Assembly (NCBI RefSeq): GCF_030028105.1
Contig: NC_092379.1
Location: forward strand, 26,591,821 to 26,655,820
Origin: Mobula birostris
Taxonomy: Eukaryota
Reading direction: 5' to 3'
DNA length: 64,000 nt
A program made the translations under genes and the position numbers. The notes under the pieces are model-generated. The model did not search any database. It worked only from the letters and a program-made list of their open reading frames with translations, and had not been told where the DNA came from. Below, piece after piece: positions 49,080-63,758 of this stretch. The stretch's first letter is position 1; every line of letters starts with the position of its first letter.

Positions 49080-51009
49080 GTTCGTAAAATTTACAATTTG
49101 CAGACTTCAGGGGGCAGCATAGAGATAATGTTGGCTCCGCGGCACATTTTGCAGGAAGATACAGACTGAACCACTCACCTCAGTGGAAATGCATCGTGTG
49201 TTTACGTTAAGACATTGCAGCATCTCTAGCTGCTTATCTGATTGTGTAGAAGTCCTGGACTATATTTTATTTGATTAAATTTCGTTTGACTTGAGTGATG
49301 AATTTATAGCGATACCAGACATTACAGTGGGAGTTTACATTTTGTCGTCTAATGTTTACGCTCATGCTACAGTCACAATTCGAATAACAGGCTAACAGAA
49401 TTGTCACGATATTTAGACATAGCTCGCAGTTCATCTGAGCGGCGAAGTTTCCATAGTCTTGGGAACTCATTTCGGAAATACCGACATTTTTCTCCGTCAC
49501 TGTTGCATCTCTTGTCTAATGCTTTCGTTTGCCTCCATGTTTTTTTTTTCGCTCTCATTTATGGTTCAGAAAAAGCCGATTCCCCACGTTCTAAGACAGC
49601 ATTAATGGATCCACGGCGCCGTTTAGCTCTGCTGTTTTAAGTTATTGTGCGCACCGATAAATCCTCGCTTATGAAGTCTGACGAAGAACACTATTGTTTA
49701 CTACCGTAGGATGAAACTATTTGGTCCTTCATTCAAGGAAGGGAGCTCAGAAATAATACTTCAATACAAACAAATATGTCAGTGCAGTACCAGCAGCGAA
49801 GTCCGCTGATGCATCTTTTCGCTCTCTGAACAGTCCATACCGATCTGGAGGAAATTTGGCCCATTAGCTTTCACATTATTTTAGTTAACCTATGCATTTT
49901 CAGCAAAATTGGATTTGTTTCCCTTGAGGAGGAGAACGTTCACACGGAATTGAGAAACTTGCACAATCTGTTTGAGGCTGACGAAACTTGTATCATTTTA
50001 ATATTGGTTACGCTTAACCTTCCCAACCAGACTACGGAAATATTTGAGCAGGTGGAACAGCTTATTTCGTAAATTCTTTCGTTCAGAGCATAAATATTCT
50101 GTTTCTGCAGGAACTCTGTTTGTTGCAAAATAAATCCCTTCCCTCCAAAAACAGAGAAATGGCTAAACACATATCATCTCTTATGCCGTATTATTTACAT
50201 ATAAACAAATTTCTGTACCAGTGATACTCAAAATAAATGAATCTGCTGGACATTGCAATGATAAAATTAAAGACTGCCCGTCTTTCCACTTCTTCGGAAT
50301 CTTTGTCATTTCCGTGAAGCTCCTGAGGATCAGATTCGCTACTACAATAGATCTTGATGTTGGCAAAAAGCAGCAAGTTTAGATAGCACAAAACCACGGA
50401 GATTAGTTACAGTTCAATCCAAAGACAGTACAGCATGCAGACGATAGGTCAGATCTTCGTGATTTAACCGCTACAAACACACTGAATGCGACACATGTAA
50501 TGAAAATAAGACATGCTTACTGATACTCCTCATACAAAAACGTTGAATCGCTGCGGGTCCATCGAACGGAAGGTTCAGTGTGTACTGTTTCCACAATGCA
50601 GTGTCTCATGATTATTGCGTATAATTCTTGGAGCAGCCTACAATAGTACAGCAATATTTTCAAATATCTTAAATTGACGATGTTTCCTCATAAAGAACGG
50701 TTTAGAAATATGCACGCTAAAGAAACTAGGAGGAACAGTGGTTTCCCAAAATCAAACAAAGGACGTGCCGAAACATTCTGTAATAGGTTGATAAGCGGAG
50801 ATTGTACTCGCAAGACCCTCCATCTTCTGCACAGATTTTATTCTATTTGCATCTGTGTGCACTAATAACAAGATCCCCTTTACTGTAAAGAGCTTTTAAA
50901 CAAGTCTCTATTTTGTAATAAATTCAGGTAATCGAGATTTTATGAAACTTAATAACATCAGAGATTCGGTTCATTCGGCCACTTTCGCAGCCTGTCCAGT
51001 TTCGCTCGG

Positions 51010-51560
51010 TAATACTGATCTGGCAATGATAAAACTGAGAAGTCCAGTGGTTCAGGCAGCATCTATGAAAATGAATAAAGTTTCGACGCTTCGGACTGAG
51101 AAGCTATATCAGGGCTAGGAAGGAAGCGGAAGGAAACCCAAAATGACATGGTGGGGGACTGGGACAATTACAAGTTGGAAGGTAAAAGGAGAAGCCAGGT
51201 GACGGGTTAAGTTGCCTGATAGAGAACGGAATGTGAAGTGATAATATGGGAAACGATAGATGGAACATATATATGGCTGCAGTGAAGAAATCTGATCACT
51301 GAGAAGAGAGCATCATTGGAAAATGGGAAGGGGGTGTATGAGACAGATGTGGTAGGCAGAAGGCGTAAGAAGGGACACAGAATTCGAACTGAAAAACGAG
51401 AGAATGAGTGGAAAACAAATATTGGACGCTGCCGAAAATAATATCTATGGCTTTCCGTTTGAAGTTACACGAACGGAATAGATAGAATTGGACACATCTC
51501 GGTGATTAAAGTAAGGGAATATTCCTCCCAACATCGGCCAAAGTAGCAGAGGAGGCTTGT
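51010..51560 (-). mobile_element. Penelope-like 3' relic, unit D2
   Basis: Homologous to 25470-26020. Confidence 0.55.
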
Positions 51561-54359
51561 TAGCTTTTAGTTCCCTCTGGTATAATGTATCAACGAGGTA
51601 TCTTCAGATTTGTACACGAATAACTCTAACTGTTTTGAACAGTAAATATCCTTCCGAAGCATGGACAAAACAGACGATTTACTTTCCGATATATTAAGAA
51701 ACTTGAAGCATTATGTCAAAGTGTGTGTGTGTTCTTTTTTTTCGCATTCTATTTCACTATGCTGCAGTCATTAAACATACCCCTCCATTTATTCTGATGA
51801 AAGGCGATTCGCGACTTCAAAATCTCTTTTTTATCATTCAACTCGTCCCTTTATACCAATGTTATCATCTAGGGGTGGCAGCTGATGCACTCTAGTTTCT
51901 GCGTTTGAGGTTCATCGTGATATCAATCATAGAAAAAAAAAAACACGTCGACCAGAAGCTAGAGCACTTGTGGATCTGTGCCTGCCTCGCTGATGTCAGA
52001 AGTTAGCCTTTGTTTAAGTTTTTATCGATATCCTGAATGTCGAATGTAAAGTTACTGTCCTCTAATGAAGTATACTCTGTACGTCGCCTCTCACTTAACC
52101 TAGCCCACCCGAAATCTGCCTCTGCACAATCTGTCACTAAATTATTCGCTGGTGCCCTGTACTGTTGTGTGTCAAGCACTGTGTGGTTGTGCGGCTTCTC
52201 AGTAACTAATTTAAACCCGCGCACATCACTTTGATGCCAAAGAACTGACATTTTATTTCATATGACATCAACATAATTTCAAGTTGTGCCAATTGAAATT
52301 AGAAATCTATGCTAAGATAAATTAGAAACATAGTGGATTGATTGTTTAGTGAATATAAAACATAACTGCTGGAAATATTTAAATTTTCAGACATTTTATA
52401 GATTCAGTATTTTTAAATTGTCAATGTTTCAAGTTAAAACACTGGTGCAAATTTTAAGAACAATCAAAGAGTGGAAATGGATAGCTAATTGTTAATAAAT
52501 CGCCAGCTCGCTGAACACACATGCTGTCTAGTTAATTATATTCTCTTCGTCATTGTGCCTATCAGTGTTTGATATCATTTACTTGTGTTATGATATGTTG
52601 ATTGTGTTTGTTCGATATGAAGAATAGCCATATTCTGACTGTTTTGGGTATTTTATTTAAACAAAAATGAAATTATAATTGTATTTTTTTCTTTGAAAAA
52701 CTTTCATCTAGTGATTATATTGATTTCTCTTCTCAAATGATAACGTGTGTATTTTTTTTTCGTATTGAGAATGTCCATATAAAAATAATGTCCAAATTAA
52801 ACTCCAAATGAGTGAGAAGCAAGAGAAAAGCTAGTTGCCTGAATAAAGTATTTGTCTCTGAAAATGTAAAATTGGAAAACAATTACAATACTTTCACTAT
52901 TTAAGTTATTCCTTCTGTGCATGCCGTATAACGAAAGTGGCCAAATGTGTAATTATACCAGAGAGTTGGGGTGGTGAGAACTGTGATTTGGAATTTTCTG
53001 AATACATCAGCACTGAGCTTCAGACACAAAAAAAAAATGAAGAAGTTAGTGCAATCTACTTTCCATGCACAAATTGTAAATGACATAAAAAGAAATTTGT
53101 AGGGAGAATGTGTACATTGGACTTTAAAATTCGACTGGAAATGAACAGAACAATGAATCACTGTTTGTGAGATCTTTGAAGCAATCCGCACTTGACATCA
53201 TGACAATAGTTAAAGCAGGAAAAAATAAATACCAACAATTAACTTGATATTTAAAAAGACATATTATATTTACGTAAGATAGAGCAAATGTAATGCCTGG
53301 ACTGAAATTAAAAAAAAAAAATGATGGTGCTGCAGTCTTTTGCCAAGAAATAAAGCATCTGTCTGCTCAATATTAGGTTGTCCACAGATAAGGCAGTGCA
53401 GAGAGAAAAAAAAAACACAACAACAACAACATCTATACAGTACATCGGAACATTGCAAAGAAAAGTACATGCAATGTTCAGTTGGTAGTCCGTAAAAGAT
53501 AGAAAAGCTAGAATACTTAACTCATGCAACATTATGGAATGTGATCTTAGTTCGAACACGAAACAAAGTAATATGGCTGTCAGAACATTTTCAGGTTAAT
53601 ACATTAATAAGGAATTACGAAGTTCAAGCAGTGTTCCAAAGCGCAGGTTAAACAATGTAACGATACATTTACCAGGTATTCTCTGAAGGCTCTGACGGAT
53701 GCACAATATCGAGTTGCGTCAAATCACCTTAACGATTTTTTACGAAACTGGGTTTTCAGTTTAAGAATGCACACGGATATACTGGAAACGAGAGGCTGAA
53801 TTCTTTCCAACGAGTTACATAGTAAACAACCATAAGGATCATAAATTATAGATCCATTTAGTTCAGAATGTAAGCTTGTTTTGCAGGCTAATTGTTTGCA
53901 GACTGAGCGGTGAGGTGATTCCAATCAAACGGATCTCTCAGCAGTTGGGTACACAAACTTCCGTCTCGTGAAGATTTTTCTCCGTTTCTATACCTCTGTA
54001 TTACCGTCTGCTAACCATCTGCAACAAACGTCTTATAGTACTTAGCACTCACTACGTGAAGCAGGGCCCCGTCATCGTCCTTCGGAATAGCCTCAGTGCA
54101 TCTCCTTGTATCTAAGCAATATTAGGAATTTTTTCGTGTGGTCTGCTCTATCTATGCCAGTCATTTTATGTACCACAACGACGTCCCTTGTTATTCACCG
54201 CCACTCATTGGGGAACAAACCTAGGGTCACCAGACTCTCGTCATAACGAAGTTCCCTCATCCCATACAAAGAAGTTGCATCTACTTTATCCCTCCCTGTC
54301 GCTTTGTACAAGAACTGGACGCAGACCTCAGAGGATGTCATATATATTTTATAAAAACC

Positions 54360-56160
54360 GATTATTATTTCGAATTCGATTTACTTTCTTTTTTTGCTTT
54401 AATGGTCACAGGAGTTGATGTGATTGGCAAACATAATGTTGTTAATAATGGAATTCAACCTCACATATTTCGCTCCACAATGTGAAGATTTACTCCCTAA
54501 ACGAGCAATATATCTACCCTAGGCAGTTTGATTTAAAGACCAATTGTATTATTTTCTGTTGTTGCAAGGTCAATGAGTGAAGAGGATCATCATCTTCGAG
54601 GTAGTGTGTATTTGAGAGCAAGGGAATGCAGATCCGATGCTCAACTTCAAATTATCAACATGGGAATATCTTTTTGTACAGTTAAGAACTTTTATCTCGA
54701 TGTTCGTCAATGTGTTTCGTCAAAGAAATTGAAAGACATTTTTCTCCGCACTTTATCTTGGTGTTACACATCCTCCAGCTTTCAAAGTTTGCATAGATGC
54801 CAGTCTTTATTATTTGCTTGGCAGCTCGGCTATGAAAGTGGGATTTTACTTCCTTGTAGCATAAATAATGGAGACTTTAGGATATTTAATAGAAAGTTTT
54901 ATTTCATCCATATGTTTCAATATATGCGACCGCAGCGCGTGATGCCATTTCGGTGGTGATGTATGTTATCTGTCAATTAGGGGATCGTCCACAATTCTGA
55001 TTTGATGGAGACGGACGAGAGAGTATGGAGGAACATCTGAAAAACTTCTGAAATGTCTGCTTCTCTGCTGCTGCTGCTGTGTGGTAACCGGAATCTCCGG
55101 AGCAGAAGGCCCCAAGATCCTCGGCTTTGCTTGTTTTAGCGGCCGGGGCGAGGTCGAAGGTGTTTGGCCGAGGATGGTGCTCGGGACGCTGTATCGGAGA
55201 GGCTGGTCGGAAGCACGAATTTTTCGGACGGATAGACTCAGTGCCGGCTGTGTTCTGCTGCCTCCAAGGCATCGGCAAGTTGACGGTGCCTGGAGTTTTA
55301 TGACAAGGAGTTTCTCCCTTTGGCCGCCTGCTATCGGGGACTCGGGAGTCGATAGACTCGGGGACGTCTGAGACTTTATTTACCGTGCCCATGGTTTGTT
55401 CTTCATCAAATCATGGTATTGCTTTGCATTGCTGTAACTTATGTTATACTTGTGTAGTTCTGTCACTGTTATTCTTTGGTTTGTCCTGATTTCTATGGTA
55501 TCACTCCGGGAAAACATTGTATTATTTCTTAATGCATGTATGCATTTCTAAATGACAGAAAAAGAAGACTGAGTGTTCTCATAATCTCAGGTACCTGCCA
55601 GTCATGCCGAGCCACGGGTACATGCCAATATTTCAAGGTGTTCCAAGTTCTAGTTTCCATTTTTTTTTCAGCAAAAGTGAAATGTTGTCCTGACTTCTAA
55701 CGGACGCTCCAAGACATCCCTTTTGACACCAAAGAGCTTCAGTTTGGGGAATTTCTTAATAATCTGCAGCCACTTCTCGACAAAGTCCTTTAAAATACGA
55801 TTCTTCCGTGATTTGCTTCAAAAATGGTTGATAAAGTTTATGTCTGTTGACTGGACTTCTTTGAGGGCTGTTCGAATAATCCTGTTTGCCATTGGAAATC
55901 TGCTTAAGGAATAAAGGTTCAAATCGACGTTTGGAGTTTCCATGCTCACTGAAGTAGCTAAACCAGATGCAAGGCCTGGTGTCACATCAGCTGCATCTGT
56001 CCAAACGGTATGCAGTTGTTACTTCCAGTCAAATCCCTTTTTGGCTAAACACGTTCATAAAATTTCGACGTGTTTTGGCCTTTTCTGGAATGGATGCAGA
56101 AAATAGGAATTGATCTCGAGCAGCATCATCCTGCGTACAAAGATTAAAACAGAAAACTGA
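54360..56160 (-). mobile_element. hAT fossil, N-terminus deleted (unit E), with SINE-like insert at 54930-55588
   Basis: Homologous to 46120-47920. Confidence 0.75.
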
Positions 56161-56162
56161 AA

Positions 56163-56325
56163 GAGATCACCGGTACCTTAGCTCTCAACAGGTCTACCAC
56201 CAACTCCTTAGTCCTTATTTTCGCATTAAACTGCAAATAATTCTGCTCACACCATGTGACAACGTTTCCTACCGTAGCCCTGTACTCGGCCTCATTAGCA
56301 TCTCTGCAGAAGGTACACATCGACA
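56163..56325 (-). mobile_element. Rex/Babar LINE remnant (unit E)
   Basis: EAEYRATVGNVVTWCEQNYLQFN..TKELVVDL in ORF 56144-56344. Confidence 0.78.
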
Positions 56326-56544
56326 GAATATAGCTGGATTTCACAATATTACATGTGTGTTTCTCTTCAACGATACTGCGTTTTCACGGAAGCTATGTGG
56401 AAATGTTTGTCCTATAGAGCAATTATCTACTGCATTTCGGTATAAATTTATGAGAATCGGTAAAATCTGTGTCAAAGAAAACAGAGTCAACTCTAAGACG
56501 ATAACGCGGACGCATTTTTAACAGATGCCACTTAAGCTGGAAAC

Positions 56545-56835
56545 ATCTTCCGTGAAATTGCTTCTCTTATTACAGACAGAAATGACGTGGTATGTGCGGA
56601 AAATAGGAAAAAAATATAAAACAATGTTGATTTTGATTGACCAATTAGTGGTCAACGTGCAGCCAAAACAACCAATCACTTCGTTTCTCTTTCTGTCTGT
56701 CTCTCTCTCTTTCTCTAAGAGCCAATCATGAGTATCTGATGGAAGGTATGCTTCGATCGCATTACAGTTAACCAGTCAGAACAGCAACATCAACACATTC
56801 CACCGTTGTTTGTCGTACTCGACACAGCAGACAAC
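56545..56835 (+). promoter_or_regulatory. V5 promoter (TGACGTGG + 3 CCAAT)
   Basis: TGACGT at 56583; CCAAT at 56641, 56672 and 56722. Confidence 0.6.
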
Positions 56836-57276
56836 ATGTGGGCAATCCGATTTTGGGCACTAATACTTATGCCAGCACTACCCGGTATGTTCAGTTTATA
56901 ATACTCGTGCGTTTCCTATGGGATGTCTTTAAATGGGGAAATACTCATATGTTTCTTATTTCCATCCAGGCGCGATTGGTGAATATTTGGTAATCCAGGA
57001 TCCGGCAGTAATTGCGGTTCAGGAAGGTGAAAACGTGCTGCTAAACTGCAGCTACCCTGCAGCAGCTGCCAGCATGCTGTTCTGGTACATACAATATTCT
57101 GGACAATCTCTAAGGTATTTATTGAAGAGATACGCAACAGGGAATGGTGGAGAACGATCGCCTGACTGCCCAGACAGGTTTTCAGCTGCAGTAGACAAAG
57201 GAAGTGCGACTGTTCCTTTCAGAATATCTGCTGCTCGTATCTCTGACTCCGTCGTATTTTTCTGTGCCATGATGCC
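56836..57276 (+). CDS. TRAV: TCR alpha/delta V segment V5 (leader 56836-56884, V exon 56970-57276)
   Basis: Intact leader, 85-nt intron and open V exon ending DSVVFFCAMM. Confidence 0.9.
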
Positions 57277-57315
57277 CACATTACTGCCGAGCTATAGAAC
57301 GCCACTACAAAAACC
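57277..57315 (+). other. 23-RSS of V5: CACATTA-23 bp-ACAAAAACC
   Basis: Read directly. Confidence 0.92.
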
Positions 57316-59224
57316 GCTTGTAAAATTTACAATTTGCAGACTTCAGGGGGAAGCATAGAGATAATGTTGGCTCCGCGGCATATTTTGCAGGAAGATACAG
57401 ACTGAGCCACTCACCTCAGTGGAAATGCATCGTGTGTTTACGTTAAGACATTGTAGCATCTCGAGCTGCTTATCTGATTGTGTAGAAGTCCTGGACCATA
57501 TTTTATTTGATTAAATTTCGTTTGACTTCAGTGATGAATTTATAGCGATACCAGACATTACAGTGGGAGTTTACATTTTGTCGTCTAATGTTTACGCTCA
57601 TGCTACAGTCACAATTCGAATAACAGGCTAACAGAATTGTCACGATATTTGGACATAGCTCGCAGTTCCTCTGAGCGGCGAAGTTTCCATAGTCTTGGTA
57701 GCTCATTTCAGAAATATCGAGATTTCTCTCAGTCACTGTTGCATCTCTTGTCTGATGCTTTCGTTTACCTCCATGCTTTTTTTTCGCTCTCATTTATGGT
57801 TTAGAAAAAGCCGATTCCCGACGTTCTAAGACAGCATTAATGGATCCACGGCGCCGTTTAGTTCTGCTGTTTTAAGTTATTGTCTGCACCGATAAGTCCT
57901 CGCTGATGAAGTCTGACGAAGAACACTGTTGTTTACTATCGTAGGAGGAAATTATTTGCTCCTTCATTCAAGGAAGGGAGCTCAGAAATAATACTTCAAT
58001 ACAAACAAATATGTCAGTGCAGTTCCAGCAGCGAAGTCCGCTGATGCATGTTTTGCCTCTCCGAATAGTCTATACCGATCTGGAAGAAATTTGGCCCATT
58101 AGATTTCACATTATTTTAGTTAACCTATGCATTTTCAGCAAAATTGGATTTGTTTCCCTTGAAGAGGAGAACGTGCACACGGAATTGAGAAACTTGCACA
58201 ATCTGTTTGCGGCTGACGAAACTTGTATCATTTTAATATCGGTTACGCTTAACCTTCCCAACCAGACTATGGAAATATTTGAGCGGGTGGAACAGCTTAT
58301 TTCGTAAAATCTTTCGTTCAGAGTATAAATATTCTGTTTCTGCAGGAACTCTGTTTGTTGCAAAATAAATCCCTTCCCTTCAAATACAGAGAAATGGCTA
58401 AACATATATCTTCTCTTATTCCTTACTATTTTGATATAACCAAACTTCGGTACCAGTGATGCCCAAAATAAATGAATCTGCTGGACATTGCAATGATAAA
58501 ATTAAAGACTGCCCGTCTTTCCACTTCTTCGGAATCTTTGTCATTTCCATGAAGCTCCTGAGGATCAGAATCGCTGCTACAATGGATCTTGATCTTGGCA
58601 AAAAGCAGCAAGGTTAGATAGCACAAAACCACGAAGATTAGCTGCAGTTCAATCCAAAGACAATACAGCATGCAGACGATAGGTCAGATCTTCGTGATTT
58701 AACCGCTACAAACACACTGAATGCGACACATGTAATGAAAATAAGACATGCTTACTGATACTCCTCATAGAATGAACATTGAATCGCTGCGGGTCCATCG
58801 AACGGAGGGTTCAGTGTGCACTGTTTCCACAATGCAGTGTCTCATGATTATTGCGTATAATTCTTGGAACAGCCTACAATAGTAAATAAATATTTTCAAA
58901 TATCTTAAATTGACGTTGTTTCCTCATAAACAACGGTTTAAAAATATGCACGCTAAGGAAACTAGGAGGAACAGTGGTTTCCCAAAATCAAACATAGGAC
59001 GTGCCGAAATATTCTGTAATAGGTTGAAAAGCGGAGATTGTACTCGCAAGACCCTCCATCTTCTGCACAGATTTTATTCTATTTGCATCTGTGTGCACTA
59101 ATAACAAGATCCCGTTTACTGTAAAGAGCTTTTGAACAAGTCTCTTATTTTGTAATAAATTCAGGTAATCGAGATCCGGTTCATTCGGCTACTTTCGCAG
59201 CCTGCCCAGTTTCGCTCGGTAATA

Positions 59225-59780
59225 CTGATCTGGCAATGATATAACTGAGAAGTCCTGTGGTTCAGGCAGCATCTATGAAAATGAATAAAGTTTCGACGCT
59301 TCGGACTGAGAAGCTATATCAGGGATAGGAAGGAAGCGGAAGGAAACCCAAAATGACATGTTGGGGAACTGGGACAATTACAAGTTGGAAGGTAAAAGGA
59401 GAAGCCAGGTGACGGGCTAAGTTGCCTGATAGAGAACGGAATGTGAAGTGATAATATGGGAAACGATAGATGGAACATATATATGGCTGCAGTGAAGAAA
59501 TCTGATCACTGAGAAGAGAGCATCATTGGAAAATGGGAAGGGGGTGTATGAGACGGATGTGGTAGGCAGAAGGCGTAAGAAGGGACACAGAATTCGAACT
59601 GAAAAACGAGAGAATGAGTGGAAAACAAATATTGGACGTTGCCGAAAATATTATCTGTGGCTTCCCGTTTGAAGTTACACGAACGGAATAGATGGAATTG
59701 GACACATCTCGGTGATTAAAATAAGGGAATATTCCTCCCAACATCGGCCAAAGTAGCAGAGGGGGCTTGTTAGCTTTTAG
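59225..59780 (-). mobile_element. Penelope-like 3' relic, unit E
   Basis: Homologous to 51010-51560. Confidence 0.55.
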
Positions 59781-62574
59781 TTCCCTCTGGTATAATGTAT
59801 CAACGAGGTATCTTCAGATTTGTACACGAATAACTCTAACTGTTTTGAACAGTAAATATCCTTCCGAAGCATGGACAAAACAAACGATTTACTTTCCGAT
59901 ATTTTAAGAAACTTGAAGCATTATTTCATGCGTGTGTGTTCTTTTTTTTCCGCATTCTATCTCACTATGCTGCAGTCATTAAACGTACCCATCCATTTGT
60001 TCTGATGAAAGGCGATTAGCGACTTCAGAATCTCTTTTTTAGCATTCAACTCGTCCCTTTATTCCAATGTTATTGTCCAGGGGCGGCAGCTGATGCACTC
60101 CAGTTTCTGCGTTTGAGGTTCATCGTGATATCAATCATAAAAAAAAAAAAACACGTCGACCAGAAGATAGAACACTTGTGGATCTGTTCCTGCCTCGCTG
60201 ATGTCAGAAGTTAGCCATTGTTTAAGTTTTTATCGATATCCTGAATGTCGAACGTAAAGTTACTACCCTCCAATGAAGTATACTCTGTACATAGCCTCTC
60301 ACTTAACCTAGCCCTCCCGAGATATGCCTCTGCACAATCTGTCACTAAATTATTCGCTGGTGCCCTCGACTGTTGTGTGTCAAGCACTGGCTCCTGTATA
60401 CTGTGTGTTTGTGCGGCTTCTCAATAACTAATTTACACCCACGCACATCACTTTGTTGCCAAAGAACTGACATTTCATTTCGTATAACATCAACATAATT
60501 TTCAAGTTGTGCTTATTGAAATTAGAAATCTGTGCTGAGATAATTTAGAAACATAGTGGATTGATTGTGTAGTGAATATAAAACATAACTACTGGAAATA
60601 ACTAAATGTTCAGACATTTTATAGATTCAGTATTTTTAAATTATCAGTGTTTCAAGTTAAAACACTGTTGCAGATTTTAAGAACAATCAAAGAGTGGAAA
60701 TGGATAGCAAATTGATAATAAGTCGCCAGCTCGCTGAACACACATACTGTCTAGTTAATTATATTCTCTTCGTCATTGTGCCTATCAGTGTTTGATATCA
60801 TTTACTTGTGTTATGATATGTTGATTGTGTTCGTTCGATATGAAGAATAGCCATATTCTGACTGTTTTGGGTATTTCTATTTTTTAAAGAAATGAAATTA
60901 TAATTGTATTTTTTTCTTTAAAAAACTTTCATCTAGTGATTATATATTTTTTCTCTTCTCAAATGATAACGTATGTATTTTTTTTTCGTATTGAGGATGT
61001 CCATATAAACAGAATGTCCAAATTAAACTCCAAATGAGTGAGAAGCAAGAGAAAAGCTAGTTGCCTGAATAAAGTATTTGTCTCTGATATTGTAAAATTG
61101 GAAAGTAATTACAATACCTTCACTATTAAAATTATTCCTTCTGTGCATGCTATATAACGAAAGTGGCCAAATTTGTAATTACACCAGAGAGTTGGGGTGG
61201 TGAGAACTGTGATTTGGAATTGTCTGAGTGCATCAGCATTGAGCTTCAGATACGAAAAAAAATGGAGAAGTTAGTGCAATCTACTTTCCATGCACAAATT
61301 GTAAATGACGTAAAAAGAAATTTGTACGGAGAATGTGTACATTGGATTTTAAAATTCGACTGGAAATGAACAGAACAATGAATCACTGTTTGTGAGATCT
61401 TTGAAGCAATCCGCACTTGACATCATGACAATAGTTAAAGCAGGAAAAATAAATAAGTACCAACAATTAACTTGATATTTAAAAAAATATATTATATTTA
61501 CGTAAGACAGAGCAAATGTAATGCTTGTACTGAAATAAAAAAAATGATGGTGCTGCAGTCCTTTGCCAAGAAATAAAGCATCTGTCTGCTCAATATTAGG
61601 TTGTCCACAGATAAGGCAGTGCAGAGAGAAAAAAAAAACACAACAACAACATTTATACAGTACATCGGAACATTGCAAAGAAAAGTACATGCAATGTTCA
61701 GTTGGTAGTCCGTAAAAGATAGAAAAGCTAGAATACTTAACTCATGCAACATTATGGAATGTGATCTTAGTTCGAACACGAAACAAAGTAATATGGCTGT
61801 CAGAACATTTTCTAGTTACTGCATTAATAAGGAATTGCAAACTTCAAGCAGTGTTCCAAAACGCAGGTTAAACAGTATAATGATACATTTACCAGGTATT
61901 CTCCGAAGGCGCTGACCGATGCACAATATCGAGTTGCTTCAACTCACCTTAACGATTTTTTACGAAACTAGGTTTTCAGTTTAAAAATGCACACGGATAT
62001 TCTGGAAACGAGAGGCTGAATTCTTGCCAATGAGTTACATAGTACACAATCATAAGGATCATAAATTATAGATCCATTTAGTTGAGAATGTAAGCTTGTG
62101 TTGCAGGCTAATTGTTCGCAAACTGACCGGTGAGTTGATTCCAATCAAACGGATCCCTCAGCAGGTTGGTGCACAAACTACCGTCTCGTGAAGATTTTTC
62201 TCCTTTTCCATACCTCTGTATTACCGTCTGCTAACCATCTGCAACAAACGTCTTATAGTACTTAGCACTCACTAAGTGAAGCAGGGCCCCGTCATCGTCC
62301 TTCGGATAGACTCAGTGCATCTTCTTGTATCTAAGCGATATTAGGAAATTTTTCGTGTGGTCTGCTCTGTCTATGCCAGTCATTTTATGTACCACAACGA
62401 CGTCCCTTGTTATTCACCGCCGCTCATTGGGGAACAAACCTAGGGTCACCAGATTCTCGTCATAACGAAGCTCCTTCATCCCATGCAAAGAAGTTGCATC
62501 TACATTGTCCCTCCCTGTCGCTTTGTACAAGATCTGGACGCAGACCTCAGATGATGTCATATATATTTTGTAAA

Positions 62575-63245
62575 AATCGATTATTATTCCGAATTCGATT
62601 TCCTTTCTTTTTTTGCTTTAATGGTCACAGGAGTTGATGTGATTCGCAAACATAATGTTGTTAATAATGGAATTCAAGCTCACATATTTCGCTGCACAAT
62701 GTGAAAATTGACACACGAAACGAGCAATATAACTACGCTAGGCAGTTTGATTTAAACACCAATTGTATTATTTTCTGTTGTTGCAAGGTCCATGAGTGAA
62801 GAGGATCATCATCTTCGAGGTAGTGTGCATTTGAGAGCAAGGGAATGCAGATCCGATGCTCAACTTCAAATTATCAACATGGGAATAACTTTTTATACAG
62901 TTAAGAACTTTTATTTCGATGTACGTCAATGTCTTTCGTCAAAGAAATTGAAAAACATTTTTCTCCGCACTTTATCTTGGTGTTAACGTCGACGTGTTTT
63001 GCCATTTTCTGGAATGGATGCAGAAAATAGGAATTTATCTCGAGCAGCATCATCCTGAGTTCAAAGAGTAAAACAGAAAACTGAAAGGGGTCACCGGTAG
63101 CTTAGCTCTCCTCAGGTCTTGCACCAGCTCCTTAGTCTTTTTTTCAAATTAAACTGCAGATAATTCTGCTCACACCATGTGACAACGGTTCCTACCCTAG
63201 CCCTGTACTCGGCCTCATTACCATCTTTGCGGAAAGTACACATCG
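62575..63245 (-). mobile_element. hAT remnants (62575-63086) joined to a Rex remnant (63087-63245), unit F
   Basis: Homologous to the D2/E copies. Confidence 0.7.
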
Positions 63246-63464
63246 ACAGAATATAGCTGGATTTCACAATAATACATGTGTGTTTCGCGTCAACGATACT
63301 CCGTTTTCCAGGAAGCTATGTGGACATATTTGTCCTATAGAGCAATTATGTCCTGCATTTCGGTATAAATATATGGGAATCGGTAAAATCTGTGTTAAGG
63401 AAAACAGAGTCAACTCTGAGACGATAACCCGGACGTATTTTTAACAGATGCCACTAAACCTGGA

Positions 63465-63758
63465 AACATCTTCCGTGACATTGCTTCTCTTATTACAGAC
63501 AGAAATGACGTGGAATGTGCATAAAATAGGAAAGGAAGATAAAACAATGCTGATCTTGATTGACCAATTACCGGTCAACGTGCAGCCAAAACAACCAAAC
63601 ATTTTGTTTCTCTCTCTGTCTGTCTCTCTCTCTTTCTCTAAGAACCAATCATCAGTATCTGATGAAAGGTATACTTCGATCGCATTACAGTTAACCAGTC
63701 AGAACAGCAACATCAACACATTCCACCGTTGCTTGTTGTACTCGATACAGCAGACAAC
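63465..63758 (+). promoter_or_regulatory. V6 promoter (TGACGTGG; middle CCAAT mutated to CCAAA)
   Basis: TGACGT at 63506; CCAAT at 63564 and 63645; CCAAA at 63595. Confidence 0.55.

Larger units (their letters stand above)
45104..53342. repeat. Tandem unit D2 (~8.2 kb, short type, V4)
   Basis: The hAT fossil joins the Rex fragment at ~47922, equivalent to loss of ~6.2-6.4 kb of the long type. Confidence 0.9.
53343..61565. repeat. Tandem unit E (~8.2 kb, short type, V5)
   Basis: Colinear with D2 and has the same hAT/Rex junction (~56162). Confidence 0.9.
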